Source: Takakia lepidozioides
Taxonomy: Eukaryota; Plantae; Bryophyta
Direction: 5' to 3'
NCBI GenBank assembly: GCA_030704615.1
Contig: CM060731.1
Location: 22,320,001-22,384,000 of the forward strand
DNA length: 64,000 nucleotides
Shown here: positions 25,001 to 38,334 of the stretch, one piece after another
Layout: each line of letters opens with the position of its first letter
Position numbering within the stretch: the stretch's first letter is position 1
The notes under the pieces: model-generated
The model's database searches: none
What the model saw: the letters and a program-made list of their open reading frames with translations, nothing else
Told to the model about the DNA's origin: nothing
Made by a program: the position numbers and the translations under genes

Positions 25001-26087
25001 CGCAACACGGCCTTTTTGCTATTCCCTACCCCTCCACCCTAAAGCGCCCTCCATCGTCGGGCAAAGGCAAAGGCACCCCCCCAAAACCCACATACCTTAG
25101 GGCTGCCTGCCAAAACGTATAGGCAAACATAGATGCACATAGATGCACATGGAGAAGTCATGGGCAGGGGAAAAAATCATATGAAGGGAAGCTCTGATTG
25201 GCGCAAAAGTTTTTTTGTGCTTACACAAACCTGCCCACTACAGTACAACTGGAGCGATTAACAATTCAACGGTTCAGATCTTTTCACCAAATTTTCTAAT
25301 ACGGTTTTGTGCTTGCCAATTGAAATTGGGAAATTTGACCCCCCAAATTGGCCATACAAAGCAGCCCACATGAGAACATGTCAGAAAAAGCTGAAATTTT
25401 CAGAGCAGATGTCTTACCTGGCAGGGTACAAGATTCTGGTTTGTGTCATGTCAAACAGTTTCACAGCTGATTCGATAAGAAAAGCTGTGTTTTTTACCCC
25501 ATTGTAAATAGGAAATTTGTTTTTGGCCCAACTTTCAACATTATAATCTTGCAATCCGGCGGTTTGATTTAGACCAGACTTTGTTTGGTCATAGCTGGGG
25601 TAAGTAGGAACATATTACAACGGTCAGTTTTACAGGGCCTGAGGAAATCTCAAGATATAAATTATTTAGTGGGGGAGGGTCAAGTTTTTGGGGGTGGACA
25701 CAAAAATTGGGGTTAGTCCTTTAGGGGTTAAAGTCTCTAAGCGCACCCCTTTTTATTTTTTTTCTTAAAGGCATGGGCCTGTTAGTTTCATACAATGGAG
25801 AAAAAAAAAGTGCGGAGGAGGCCATAAGGCAGATTACAGTGAGGGACCAGCCAACGCAAAGCAAGAGAGAAACAGCACAGTAGCCTAGACCCAGAAATAG
25901 CAACCCCATTGTTAATTTCAAAATTTACACCCTGATAAATAGTAAACAATAAGAACCTATAATAACATGTGATGTATATGGAAAATCCCACAAGGGGAAG
26001 AGGCTCTTATTTACGCTAGCTCCGGTTGGCATCCTATATATATATATATATGGAAATAAATAAATAAACTTCAGGATCCGGAAGATA

Positions 26088-26578
26088 TCCGTGATGACAA
26101 TTTGCTTCCGGGGCTTTCCACTCTTGGAGCCAACAGCCTCCATCGCCTTCACAACTGCGAAACTGTCGTGTACTTGTCCAAATACAACATGTTTGTTGTC
26201 AAGCCAGGGGGTTGGAACGGTACACAAGAAGAATTGTGATCCGTTCGTATCAGGGCCTGAGTTGGCCATGGACAGAACTCCGGGGCCCAAATGCTTGCGG
26301 ATGAAGCTCTCATCCGCAAATTTGTTTCCATATATAGATTCCCCAGCACCCGTGTCCCCTCCCTGGCACATAAACTCGGGAATGACCCGGTGGAAAGTTG
26401 TGTTCTTGTAGAGGGTTGTTCTCGACTTGCCCATGCCCATTTCCCCGGTACACAAGGCACGGAAGTTCTCGGCCGTCTTGGGGGTGGTATCTTTGTACAG
26501 CTCCATCACAATTCTGCCTTGGGATTTTCCGCCAATGCTGATGTCCAAAAACACTTGAGGGTTTGCCGGGTTCGGTAT
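26088..26578 (-). pseudogene. Cyclophilin pseudogene
   Basis: Cyclophilin sequence with the start mutated (tgcag|caagATA vs tgcag|cacgATG in the first copy), a deletion in [14 protein letters not shown] (reads GGDTGAGES), and loss of the terminal CGQL. Confidence 0.85.
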
Positions 26579-29500
26579 CTTGCTGCATATTCCTGACAAA
26601 TTAGACCACACAATACCAACACAAAATCATGGAATGCATATGAAATGTCAAATCTTTCCCAAGAATATGTGTTTGTAATTGCAAGGCCTGAATTATGGTG
26701 AGCGGTCACTCCCAGGTACTTGCCGTTGTTCCGATGCAGCATCCTGCTGTTGTTGCGATATTTCATCGCTATAAAATCTAATTCTACAATTGCCAAGTCC
26801 TATCACTGTGTGGACCTACCGGATAAGAGAAGAAGGGGAACAGACAGATCGCAACCCGTCTTCAACAATCGCCATAGTACGGTTTGAACAGTTTCAAGTT
26901 GCCGCTACTTGTACCGAATTGGTAGCCTAACATGATGTCTATGCAGCTTCCTACGGTCATATGGACGTCAGAGTCCTACTCCATGTTCGTCTCCAACTCT
27001 ATCTAAATTCCTAAGTGCTTCCCAAATAACTAACAACTTGACCCATTTTGGCAATACTTGTAATGCCAAAACTGCCTGGCTAAAGATAAAAAACGATCTG
27101 AAATTGTACCCATTTATGCATCTATAATGTGCCGTTGGCCCAAGTGTCTAGTGTCATCTAAGTCCAAGTGAGTCTCCATGTCGAGGCCCAAGTGCGATCT
27201 TTAGGGTAGCCTGCGCCGTTGGCCCATGAGTGAAGAATTAGCGACCAAAAGTACTTGAAATTCCAAATGGGCCAATCATTGCTCCAAGAAAGCCCACTTT
27301 GCTATATTTCGCGAATTTCCAACGACCAAAAGTACTTGGAATTCGACATCTCCCACACCGCGGGTCCAAAAATTATGAGACCAAACCAGTGAACCCCTCT
27401 TCATCGAGGGCTTTCCAACAACACCAACGCTAGGGACCCGCGGTTTGGGAGATTTCAACGACGCTACAAAACAAACAAAACTAAACTAAACTAAACAAAC
27501 GTCTCGCTTCATATATTGATAGGCGTGGAGGTGGCTACAAAATGCTGGGGATAAGTGCAAAGGTGACGACTATTATCCACCTAGATCCTACTTGGCTACA
27601 TGTTTGCAGAGCTACTGTACAATATGGCGATTTTTTCACTGCATGTACATATTGGAGGGGCGACATATCTGGAAATGGGGGCGAAAATAGGTGGCTCCGT
27701 AGCCCATGTGTTGCCTGCCCCTCCAGCCTGCCAAACTCTGGCGATCGGACGGCCCTCACAAGTGCAACTGGTGAGATTGCGGAGATTTCTGGTGCGATGG
27801 GGGATCGACCATTGGATTTAGGGCGCAAGGGAACTCATTTCCCAAGCGAAAAGGGCTGGTTCCCATGGTGCTTTCTGGCACGGCCTAGCCAGGAACAGAC
27901 ACTTTCTGGTTTTATTTGTGTTTTAGGCCCCTGTTTTTTACAAACGGGTTTGCAGCCCTTTTCTTTGTGCTTGAGGCTGAATATCGCCTAAAAAGGAGGG
28001 CTGGTCCCGTTATGGACATCCCAACATATCTCATAAAACTTATTTATTTCAACAGCACATCGTTATTTTTTACTATATTTTTTATTTTTATTTATTTTTT
28101 AAAGGGAACGGAGGCCCTGAAAATATATTAGCATAGAGTGGAAAAAATAACCACCCATGAGGGAGGTATTTTATTCAAGTTATAAATTGTATTTTATTTA
28201 CATGTGTCGTTCTTCAGAAAAGGACAAATGCCACATACTCAATATAGAAAGGTGAGAACGGTGCTGCCAAGTGTTGCCATAATTTCGACAAAACTTGTCA
28301 ACATCCAACACCACTCACTCATAAAACAATCAACATATTGCATAGTTTATTTAAGTTTCAGCATCACACACACACATGTTAGGATAGGTGAAGGTTGGCA
28401 AGGGCGGTAGCCAAGCCTTCCCAATCCCTTGTGTATGTACTTTTTGGTCAGCGAACTTTCAAGAGTCACTTTGTAATGAGGGTGTTGGTGCAAAGGCCGG
28501 GATAACACTAATAGTGGACGACAGTGCACATTCTTGCGGTAAGACGTGACTGACCTTAATGAGACTCGAGAGTTGTTGAGATTATCACCTGCATACTCAC
28601 CTTAACTTCGAAGTTGCATTAACAAACTAACTAGTATTACCTCCATGAGGATAGTTCAACAAAAGCGGCAGAACATACTAGAAATTAGTTTCAGGGTATA
28701 TAATTATCACATGGACAATCATAGGAGCCAAGTCTGATCTATGTATCATATCCCCTTTCCTTTTAACATATAGATATATTATATCCCGCAACGAAAGAGG
28801 CAAGGGAAAGATCACTTGCGGTCTACTACATCCATCTTCTAAGTGCATGCTATTTAGGGCCAACTTCCATGCCCTAGTTGTGGCCAAGGTTGGAGGTTGA
28901 TTAGCATGTGCAGGCTCCCGCCTCACGCAAGCATAAGAAGATATACCAAACATTCCAAGAATATTCTTAGAAGATACTTAAGCGAAACAAAAATGTGCTC
29001 ACATAGGTGCGAAACTTTTTGAATGTTTGCTCATGGGATCCAGCACAAGCCACAAAATTGGTATTTAGGGGTTTTCTATCAAGGCCAATTCCTTAAACCA
29101 TGTCTGATGATTAATTGTTGTACTTATTATCATGCGATGTTGTCGCTCTTAGCAGTCCCTAATATGCGAAAGTAATCATTGTGCTTTTCCCACGAAACTG
29201 TTGGATAATGACCTACCGTACCAATCGTGTAAACCTCGTTAGCGAAGTAAACCTCGTTAAGAATGTCATCGAGTTTTCCTTAACATAATCTTGAAAAATC
29301 TAGATTCTTGATTTATTTCGCCAACTAAATCCGTGGTGTATTTTACTGCAAGTACCACTACTCACAATTCGGCCCTTTTCAAGAGGAGGGAATCTTAACC
29401 CTTCAAGGACGAGGCGACCCGTATCGGGTCGGGTCGAAATTTCGATTGGATGATAAATGCGCAGATCATGTCGGATGAAAACGATTCCTGAACGAAAAGT

Positions 29501-31433
29501 GTAGCCCATAAATATTTACGGCCCCCTGTGTTGATCGCACCCTAAAAAATCTCATCCCCCGCCCTCAGGATATTTTGGAATCTGGAGGGGTACCCAAAAT
29601 CCTGTGGTTTTGGGCCCGTCAGCAGGTTGACTGGCAGACATGGCAGGCAGGATTGGGGGGTGGGCGTTTGCCGGCAGCGGGTGACAGCGGGGGGCTGCAT
29701 GTCCGCCCGTGCAGACAGGGCGGACCCCGGCACGCGCGAAACGCCAGGCACGTGGCCCAATCAGGTGGCAGGTGGCGGGGGCGGGAGATTCTCACCCGCG
29801 TATGGTTTAGGTGCGTGGCCCAATCAGGTGGCCGTTGGCAGGTCATGGAGGGAGAGCGCTGAAACGCAGGGTGGAGGGCCCCGTGACTTCCTTGGTTTGT
29901 GATGACGTGGACGGATTTTGTGGCCGGTAATGTCCACCGGCTCCGGCAATTCTTGGCCGGAGCTGGGATTCAAGTAGGGATTCGGTTTTTTGGCAATCTT
30001 TGCCTACAAACAGCTTAGAATGTGGATTTTTTTTTCCAGGGTAACTCGGTAGGTAGGCAAACAACAACATGACGAGAGGAATTTGGATTCCCTCACAAAT
30101 TGCCCCACATTTGGGGGGATGTGTTTTTCATTTTGACCATACAAAGCAACCATCATGCATTTTTGGAATTTGGCTCTGGAATTTTGGGAGGCTTTGCTGT
30201 GGGTGCCATATAATCTGAATCTGGGTAGGCTGTATCAATGAGAAATAAAAAAGGTTGGCAATCTGCTTGGTCAAACCAAATTTTCATGTTGAAAATATAT
30301 CCAACCAAAAAAAAAGCCTAGAATTTTTGTTATAATCTTCCACTTTAGACGGTCAATTCTCCTGAAATTTTTACTTCAGGTGCGTGAAGTAGGTAGGATG
30401 ACGTTGGAACGGTTCATCCCCTCGGATGTTTGTCCAATGGGAGATACACCCTCATCCGTGAGGGTATGTCTGGTTTTAGACGGGGCCCACCAAAAACAGG
30501 CTCGTCCTTGAAGGGTTGAACACCCTTTCATATTAGCCATAGACATACACAAGGGAGACATAGTCCCTGGTCATGAAAATGTAGCTAGATTTCAAACCCA
30601 GAACTATTGGGGTGAAACAAATATCAAACCATCTGTCGAGACCCACCATTTGACAAATGACCATCTTAAAGGGTCAAGGCTACTCCTGGAACCCTCCTCA
30701 CATAAAAGTGACATTCCCTATCGTCGATCGGCAATGCTCCACCGATGTCGGCCCGAATCAGGATAACTTGGCCAAGCCGGCCGGGACATGGAAGTTGGCC
30801 ATTATCCCTAGAACCAATAATAAGTATAGTGAGATTCCCATTCTTAAGTCATGGTTGGTATTCCAATTTGGATTTGTAGTGAGATCATGTGCCATGGTTA
30901 GATTCCACCAAAGTGTGAGTTGGAATCTCCAATCACAGCAGAGCGGATGGAGAGCAAGAGTGTTCCATCTTATATACGAGCTGAAAAGTGTCAAACCCAC
31001 CCTCCACATGGCCAGTGGGTAGGTGGTTGTGGCCAGAGTCATCTTTCTCTCTACGCTCATAGGTGTTGAGTCCTGCAAACAACAAATGGTGGGAGTTTTC
31101 TTTACGGAAGGTCCACTGCAAAATGTTTGCAGCCTATGCCTAGCCTGGCTCTTCCTACATTCAACACTTTGTCTCCCCCACCCAGGACAGAAGAAGAAGA
31201 AGAAAAAAAAAAAAAAAAACTCTGTCCTATCCCATTTCCAACCCTTGAATCTACGGACCAATGTTGTCATGGTACATAGGGTATCACCCCATGGTATCGA
31301 CACTAGAAAAAAAAAACCCGAACCCGAACCCGTTGGTACATGAAGAGTTCTTGGAACCTACCAGCTGGTATCATTTGGACAGAAAAATACTCTACTACTC
31401 GAGCCAATACCACGTTGAGACGAGGTTAATCTG

Positions 31434-31470
<37 letters not shown>
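31434..31470 (+). repeat. Poly(A) tract (37 nt)
   Basis: Homopolymer run seen directly. Confidence 0.9.
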
Positions 31471-31471
<1 letters not shown>

Positions 31472-31663
31472 ACGCGCCGCCTTAAGGAAGCATAAAGTGA
31501 GTTTCTTTTGCAGATGATGTAATTTACATAGAAACATTCAAAACAATTTGCTCTAATCTTACGATCTGATGTTATACAATTTTTTTTCAATAAAATACTT
31601 TAAAAAATTGATTTATACATCTTAAAGTTAGTTTTATAAAATTGAGGGTTTAAATGCCAAAAA

Positions 31664-32152
31664 CTACATCAAATCACGTTTAGAAGTGAGTCTTAGAGTT
31701 GCATTACAATAAAACTTACTTGTCAATGAAGTATTGTTGCTCTGGTGTAAGGCTGGAGGCTTGGTTGGCTTGACTGGTTCCACAACAATCGCCGCTTTTG
31801 CAGCTCTAGCTTTTAATTCTTGAAGTTGTTTTTCTCTTGTTTTTTGTGGATCAATATTATCAGTAGTAGGTACCATGGCATGAGTTGTAGGACTACTAGT
31901 TGTGCGCATTGATCCAATATCAATCTTAGTGGAATAAGATGGCATAGAGGATTCAGACTTAGTTGAATAAGATCGCATGGAGGATTCAATTCTGGGTGAG
32001 TCACTAGACTTAGTTGAGTAAGATTGCATGGAGGATTCAATTATGGGTGAATCGCTAAACTTATTAATAGTGGAATATGAGTGCATGGAGGATTCAGCTA
32101 TGGGTGAATTGTTTGCTTGTGTGCTTAATCCACATCCCTTCCCCTTTCCCAT
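31664..32152 (-). CDS. Hypothetical Ser-rich protein with four ESSMxSYST repeats
   Basis: 162-aa ATG-initiated ORF in very AT-rich DNA; the repeat unit lengths preserve frame. No recognisable domain. Confidence 0.35.
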   Translation of the reverse strand: MGKGKGCGLSTQANNSPIAESSMHSYSTINKFSDSPIIESSMQSYSTKSSDSPRIESSMRSYSTKSESSMPSYSTKIDIGSMRTTSSPTTHAMVPTTDNIDPQKTREKQLQELKARAAKAAIVVEPVKPTKPPALHQSNNTSLTSKFYCNATLRLTSKRDLM

Positions 32153-34383
32153 TGTCCTTAATTCATGATATACTTTATATTTTACAAAATTAATTAATAT
32201 CTCTAAATCCCAACAATCTGTAAAATAAAAAATGACAATTACATGTTAGTGGACAATGTCAACTATTCTCATAATTATGTCAAAGAAGTATAAATTCCGA
32301 AATGTTATACACAAGGTCCAAATCAAGTAATAATGTTCAAAAAATAGATTAAAAACAAGATCTAGCAAGTCGTATATGAGACCTAATATATTGTACTGTT
32401 GGATGAGATTTATAGCATGAATATAAGTGAAATAATTGACAAATACGTGGATCATAGAACTCATTGAAGTTTTCTCAAACATCAATCTTCCCACATTTTT
32501 ATTGATTGAGAAATTCTTATATCCACATATATGATTTATTAGTAATATAAACTTGTGATGTTAAATTTTAGGTTAAATTACATTCATTTTACTATGTGAT
32601 CTATATGCTAAGGGTTTTAAAATATAATACATCATATATAAATATCCTGAATATAACTTTATGGTACAGTGGAACTTGGTCCATTTTAGCAACACGGAAA
32701 TCAAACTTGGGTGTGGGATACAATAGGGATTCTATTGGGTTTGACAAGTTGACAAATCATTATATTTCTAATAGACAAGTTTTGAGTTGATAAGTGGCCA
32801 TCCATTTTTTAAGAAAGAAAATATGAGGGACTTGCTAGTACTCCTCGGCTAGTCCAAAAAGTGGGTAACCATCTTTGTTTTCCTCAAAATTCTCCGCATA
32901 CCCAGTATAACCACTTTGTTATTTCTACCATTTCTGTATTAGAACATTTAGTATTACTATTCATTTCTTTTCTATTTGTTCTTCAAATGACTTGTTTCAC
33001 CATTAGATCAAAATTAAATCTTGATCTACATGGATCTTGATCTATGGAAGCAGATTAATAAGATAAATAGAGCTTACAAATAGGCCACATCAGCCACTTA
33101 CTGATCATATTCATTGGCATCGTGTGGGTCTAGGGATCAATCCTCGATCAATCCCTTGTGGTTTATCTTGGGTTTAGTCCATATATATATAGAGCTCATG
33201 GCTTTATTTTTCCCTCTCAAGGGCTTTGCAACCATAGCTCATGTTTCTTTAAAAATAAATGGAATAAAAACTATAAGGACGTATGGGTTTGGATATTCGT
33301 TTTTTAATTAACTGATCCAATGATCCAATAGCAAATAAGTAATAGTTCAAGTATTGTTTATAACTACAAAACAGGTTGTTAAGTCATGTAAGCATGTAAT
33401 ATGGTATATACAACACCTATATGGTATGTAGACCATTAGCTTACGAGGGTTCGAATGAGTAGTTGAAGATCATATTGTGAGTAGACACGTAGTTGGTATA
33501 TATAATAATAATACATGATGCCTCCTGAAGGAAGCAAAAATTAGATGGGACATACAAAATATATGTGTATGTGTATTTCAATCTTGTGAAGACAATGTCT
33601 TATAAATAAAATAGATGAGGCATTTCCAAGGGATAAGTAAAATATTTGGTGTGAACTCTAACTTTATCCTAGGTGAGAAGAACCCCAAACCAATGTGTAG
33701 TAGATTGACATTCTACATCTCTTCAAACGAATTTCGTTCCATATCATATTTGGCCAGCGGTTATCTCGTTTTGTTGAACATACCCGCAAAAGTTTGGGAA
33801 GGACCTAAATTCGTATATCCACAAACGAAATCGGCCATTACTTCTAAACTCTTCTTCTAAAAAAACTATTAGCGCGCGTCTTTGAATGAAATTGGTCATG
33901 TGTTGCATCAATTGTCATGATTTTGGTGTGAATCTGAATTTTAAATTAAAACTAAATGACGGCAAATATGCAAACCTAATATTTCAATTGTTTCCTCAGA
34001 CTCTGACCTATGAACTCTTTGGCTTGTAGAATGGAAGATAACTCTTGAGTCCTCTAATCTAAACCTTCTCATTTTCTTAAACACTGCTTGTTTTAGTATT
34101 GTTTGAGATTTTTGTGGTGCCCAAGCTGATGAAGAAGTCTCCCCTAAATCTCCTTTTAGATGATTATCACTCTATTTCTTCATACTTTGAATGTTCTAGT
34201 TCATGTTGTTCCTGTGACATTTCGAAGTACAAAGATTACCTTTGGAAATATCAAAGGGGCTAGCCGTATTTGAAGCAACTTCCATAGCATCTGTCACATC
34301 AATAACCATAGATGGGCTATGAAGTGTATCGCTTGAATACGTTTGGTGATCATTGATCAATTTTTCGTTTAAGAGCTCAGGGG

Positions 34384-35756
34384 TCAAAATATCCACTGCA
34401 GCATGGGACGTGCTAGAGAAACTAATTGAGCCCGTTGAAATGGGAACATCATCATATGCGATATTTTGTTCCGTATAATTGGCGAAGCTCGTATTCGTTC
34501 CTTTGTATAGGATCCCCCGTTGTATAACAACCTCCATTTTGCAGAATTGATTCTACCCAACGATGGAGTGTGAAGATTTGAACTTGCATTATCCATTGGA
34601 TTTGTTTTTGCAACTCCAGGTAGACTTGCATCCTCATCCAAATCATCCATCTCTGGGGCTGTAGTGCAACACCAATTAATATTTTATTAAGACTTACAAT
34701 CATTGCTATGGAGAATGTCCTAATATATAGGTCTTTAAATTATTTTCTAAGGCTTTTTGTGTCCAAAAACTGTACAAAGGCTATAAATTGTTGGTTTCAT
34801 AATTTGAAATCAACTATGAGGGAATAATCAATACAATGTGAAGTATTACAATTTGGTGTCGAAGTCTTACCTGTAACAAATGAACTATAACTGGATCGTA
34901 TGGAGCCAAATGCCACTAACAATTCTTGCGGCATATGTTGATTATCAATAGAGGTCCTCATGTTAATATCCCATATATTTGGATGAACACGTGAGTTCAT
35001 TGGACCTTCAGGTGCAATTGGCATCAAAGCGTAAGGAATACCACCAGCAAGAACAATGTTGACACGACAAAGAGGGCAAGTGGAGTTTGACAATAGCCAG
35101 GTGTCGATGCATGATATATGAAATGCGTGACTGCAATTGGGAAGAATGCGGATGATTTCGTCATCCACAAACTCACTTAAGCATACTGAGCCTTCTGAAC
35201 CTTGAATTGACCCATCATTTTTGTTGTATTTGCAAATAGGTATACGCTTGATAAACGTCTCTGCAACTCCGAGTGAATTAACGGGCCATGCTTGTTCTTC
35301 TGTTCCGAGACCCTATTCACAATTTGATGATCAAAATATTAAATAGGTTACATTGATTATATATAGTAGGTTCAATTGGATTTTTTTAAATATTTAGAGA
35401 AATAAATGATTATAATTCAACATGAACTTATAATGATTTGCATTCATTTGCTCCATTATGCATCAAAAGATCTTATTTAACTCGTAAAACTAAGTGATAA
35501 GTACTACTATTTGTGGAATTCCAACTCTTGAAAATATGGTATGTACCTGGATGTTGAATGAACCTTGATCTCCATTACTTTGTAGATGATCTACTCTCGG
35601 CTGTATCCGCAATCGCATATAATATTTGACAAAAAGACGATAATAGCTTACTATTAGAAATGCACCTGCTAGAACCCCTATTACTGCAATGATATATGGA
35701 CTAAAACGAGATACCGATAGATTATTTGTGCTACTTGTGCTTCCATTAGTATCCAT
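34384..35756 (-). pseudogene. ATL-family RING-H2 E3 ligase, probably degenerate; exons 35756-35547, 35312-34871, 34658-(34384)
   Basis: TM helix IIAVIGVLAGAFLIVSYY, GLD-like GVAETFIKRIP, RING EGSVCLSEF...LPNCSHAFHISCIDTWL...CPLCR with the first Cys replaced by Gly. The 3' exon appears frameshifted, with coding-like sequence continuing to ~33950. Confidence 0.75.
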
Positions 35757-37829
35757 ATATGATACTAATGAAATGTAAAAATAAGAATCGTTCATCTTCA
35801 AAATATCTAAATGATAGGTTGAAGTGTCCACACATAGTACTAATCATGAAGAAATGATGAGATGATATATAGAAAGAGACGAGCTTTCGGACAGTACTTG
35901 ACTATAGACAAATATTGCTAATGTTTGAAATTATCTTTGTAGCTGCGCACTCAAGCTTGGCATATTGTTAAGAGGTGTGTCATTAAATGACAGTCAAAAG
36001 CTGCAAAAAAAATAAATCTCTCAAACATCGTTGTAGAATTGATAATACTAACTTGAAAGTTTTGCCTACGCTCCACGATAAATTGACGTAGGTTTTGCCC
36101 GAAGTGCATTACATGACTTTTGAAGAAGAGATGAATTGGTGTGACATACATATGTTGAAAGAAGAAGAAGAAGACCAATACCAATGTAACTAAAAGCCAT
36201 ATCACCTCATAACTACAAACCCTTCTGATGATGATAGAGAGAGCCTAACAAAGAGGCTACTAGAGATGTGAGAGGCACGACATGTTACAGAAATCATAAA
36301 AACACAGAATACGACACATATTGACTCTACTCATTATAATACAATATATATTTGATGGATGGACAATGTGAATATAAATAGTTGAAGCAAGATTCAATTG
36401 CAGGTAGCTATAAATCAAATAAATAAATAAAATAATTTAAAAAGAAAAAAAAATTGACATGAATATGAAGTCTAATACCCATTCCGAGAGGGTGTTGATA
36501 GTTGGTGGCAGACCACAATTTTGGTGATCATAACATTAATTTATACACATGAGCATTTATTTTTGTATTTTGTTAGGATTGGAATTTGGTTCGGGATTAG
36601 GTTCGGCATCATGTAGATCTCCAACTTTTTTATGCTTAACGACAAAAATATGATATAATATTTATCTTTGTCTATAATACCGACAAAGATGTCTATTTTG
36701 GAATAAAATATCAAGGTAAAGATTTATTCATTTACTTTCAATGATAAAGTTTGGCATCTCCAAATAGAGATGCGTACAATTTGTTCATTTGAGCGACACT
36801 TCAGCATATGGTAGTTGAAAGGACAAATAGATGGAAGAGATCGTCAATACTCCTTTGTTTTTATCTCAGAATGGGATGATGAGCAGGTGAGCGTGTGAGC
36901 GGCCAAATTTTTTTAGGTTCGGACATGAGAACCTAATCAAACCTATAGGTTTGGCGAGATTTATAGGTTCGGCACCAATAATATGGCTTCAGATATAGGT
37001 ACGGAAATAGGCTCGGGCTTGGTTCTCCGGCGAACCAAGGGCGAACCACACATTGATAGTATAATACAATACTCTTATCATTATTATACTTGCAAAATTC
37101 AAGGATACCAATACCTATATTCATACCAATTTTGGATATTTGTGAGCTCTTAAGAACCAAAACCGGCTAGTTTATCAAAATTTTGACTTCCGCATAACAC
37201 TGGTGAAACCCTTTGTGCTGTCTTCTTTGTCTTATGTGCTCTATCTTTGTTTTCTCCCTAGTTGTAGGGACTCGTGTAAGTGCCAAGGCAAGGCCAACAA
37301 AAACAAAAACAAAATATATAAAATACTTCTAATTATATAGTATTAAAATAACTGTTGAGATGTAGGTTTGAAGATTTGTCTTCTCCATATCTTTTTGAAG
37401 AGCTCAACTCAATAATTAATATTATAAGTCTTTGAATTTTTGGTTAGATTGGAGAGCTTATTTTGACAAATTGAGGGTCTAGATGCTATATTGTCTAGAT
37501 GTAGCTCTAAAGAAGCTGTAGAGCTCGATCTCACGTGCTCTTCAGGGATTCCTGGAAGATATAACACCGAATGGATTTTTTGAATTTGAGGGTAGATTCC
37601 TCAACATTTGCGAGTAAGAGATGGACGGTGTGGATGATAAGTTGATAATGGTATAACTTGATCATGCGGCTTCTAGTGGGGATTACTAACAACCAGTGTT
37701 GTGCGGGTATTTGATTTTTTTAATATCAGCTAGTCACGGAATCTGTTTAACTTTAACTTTGTGTTCGCATCCTCTGGTTCCGGGGTTTTGGAGCTTTTCC
37801 GTTTCTGATATCCTGCAGGTTGGCAACTT

Positions 37830-38248
37830 TGTCGTGCACCTAAGCATCGTGCCACAACATACATCGCTGTCCACCACACAATTTAAGCACACAATCCTAG
37901 AAAATTATACTACAATGTGATAATGAAAGTGAACATAATGGAAACACACCACTCATGAACCATTCAATCACAGGGAATCCACCCTACAAAGCCCTCACTA
38001 CACTCCCTCTCAATACCTAGAGCTATGGGGGCGAGAGAGGCTCATGGAAGCTCAACTACAAGAAGATGAGCCTCCTCCATCCTCACAAGGGGAAAACCTA
38101 TCCCCATGTCCCAAGTGAGGCTCGACATCTCATTTGGCATGTGAGACCAAATGAAATCCCAACACACAAAATATAAATATAAATATCGAAAATGTCCTAG
38201 TTAACTAGAAGTAGGTAATTCTAGATAACCATGACTAAAACCATGACA
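37830..38248 (-). repeat. Complete 419-bp LTR
   Basis: TGTCGTG...CATGACA (TG...CA with short terminal inverted repeat). Partial copies at 845-1060 and 38251-38334. Confidence 0.85.
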
Positions 38249-38334
38249 GCTGTCGTGCATCTAAGCATCATGCCACACATACATCGCTGTCCACCACACA
38301 ATCTAAGCACACAATCCTATAAAGCTATACCACA

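Larger units (their letters stand above)
18105..25028. mobile_element. 6.9-kb DNA element with ~0.5-kb terminal inverted repeats
   Basis: 18105-18618 is the reverse complement of 24549-25028 (many small indels). Termini TAGGGAATAGC...GCTATTCCCTA, flanked by the direct repeat CCCCTCC (18098-18104 and 25029-25035). Confidence 0.88.

Noticed and set aside
27530-31430. GC-rich repeat-like segments, duplicated gtggcccaatcaggtggc, and a lone CACTAG at 31301
   Set aside because: Probably TE remnants, but no paired termini or TSD could be established.
36880-37710. hAT-like ends (cgcataacactg at ~37201, cagtgttgtgcgg at ~37694)
   Set aside because: They face outward, and partner ends or TSDs were not found.
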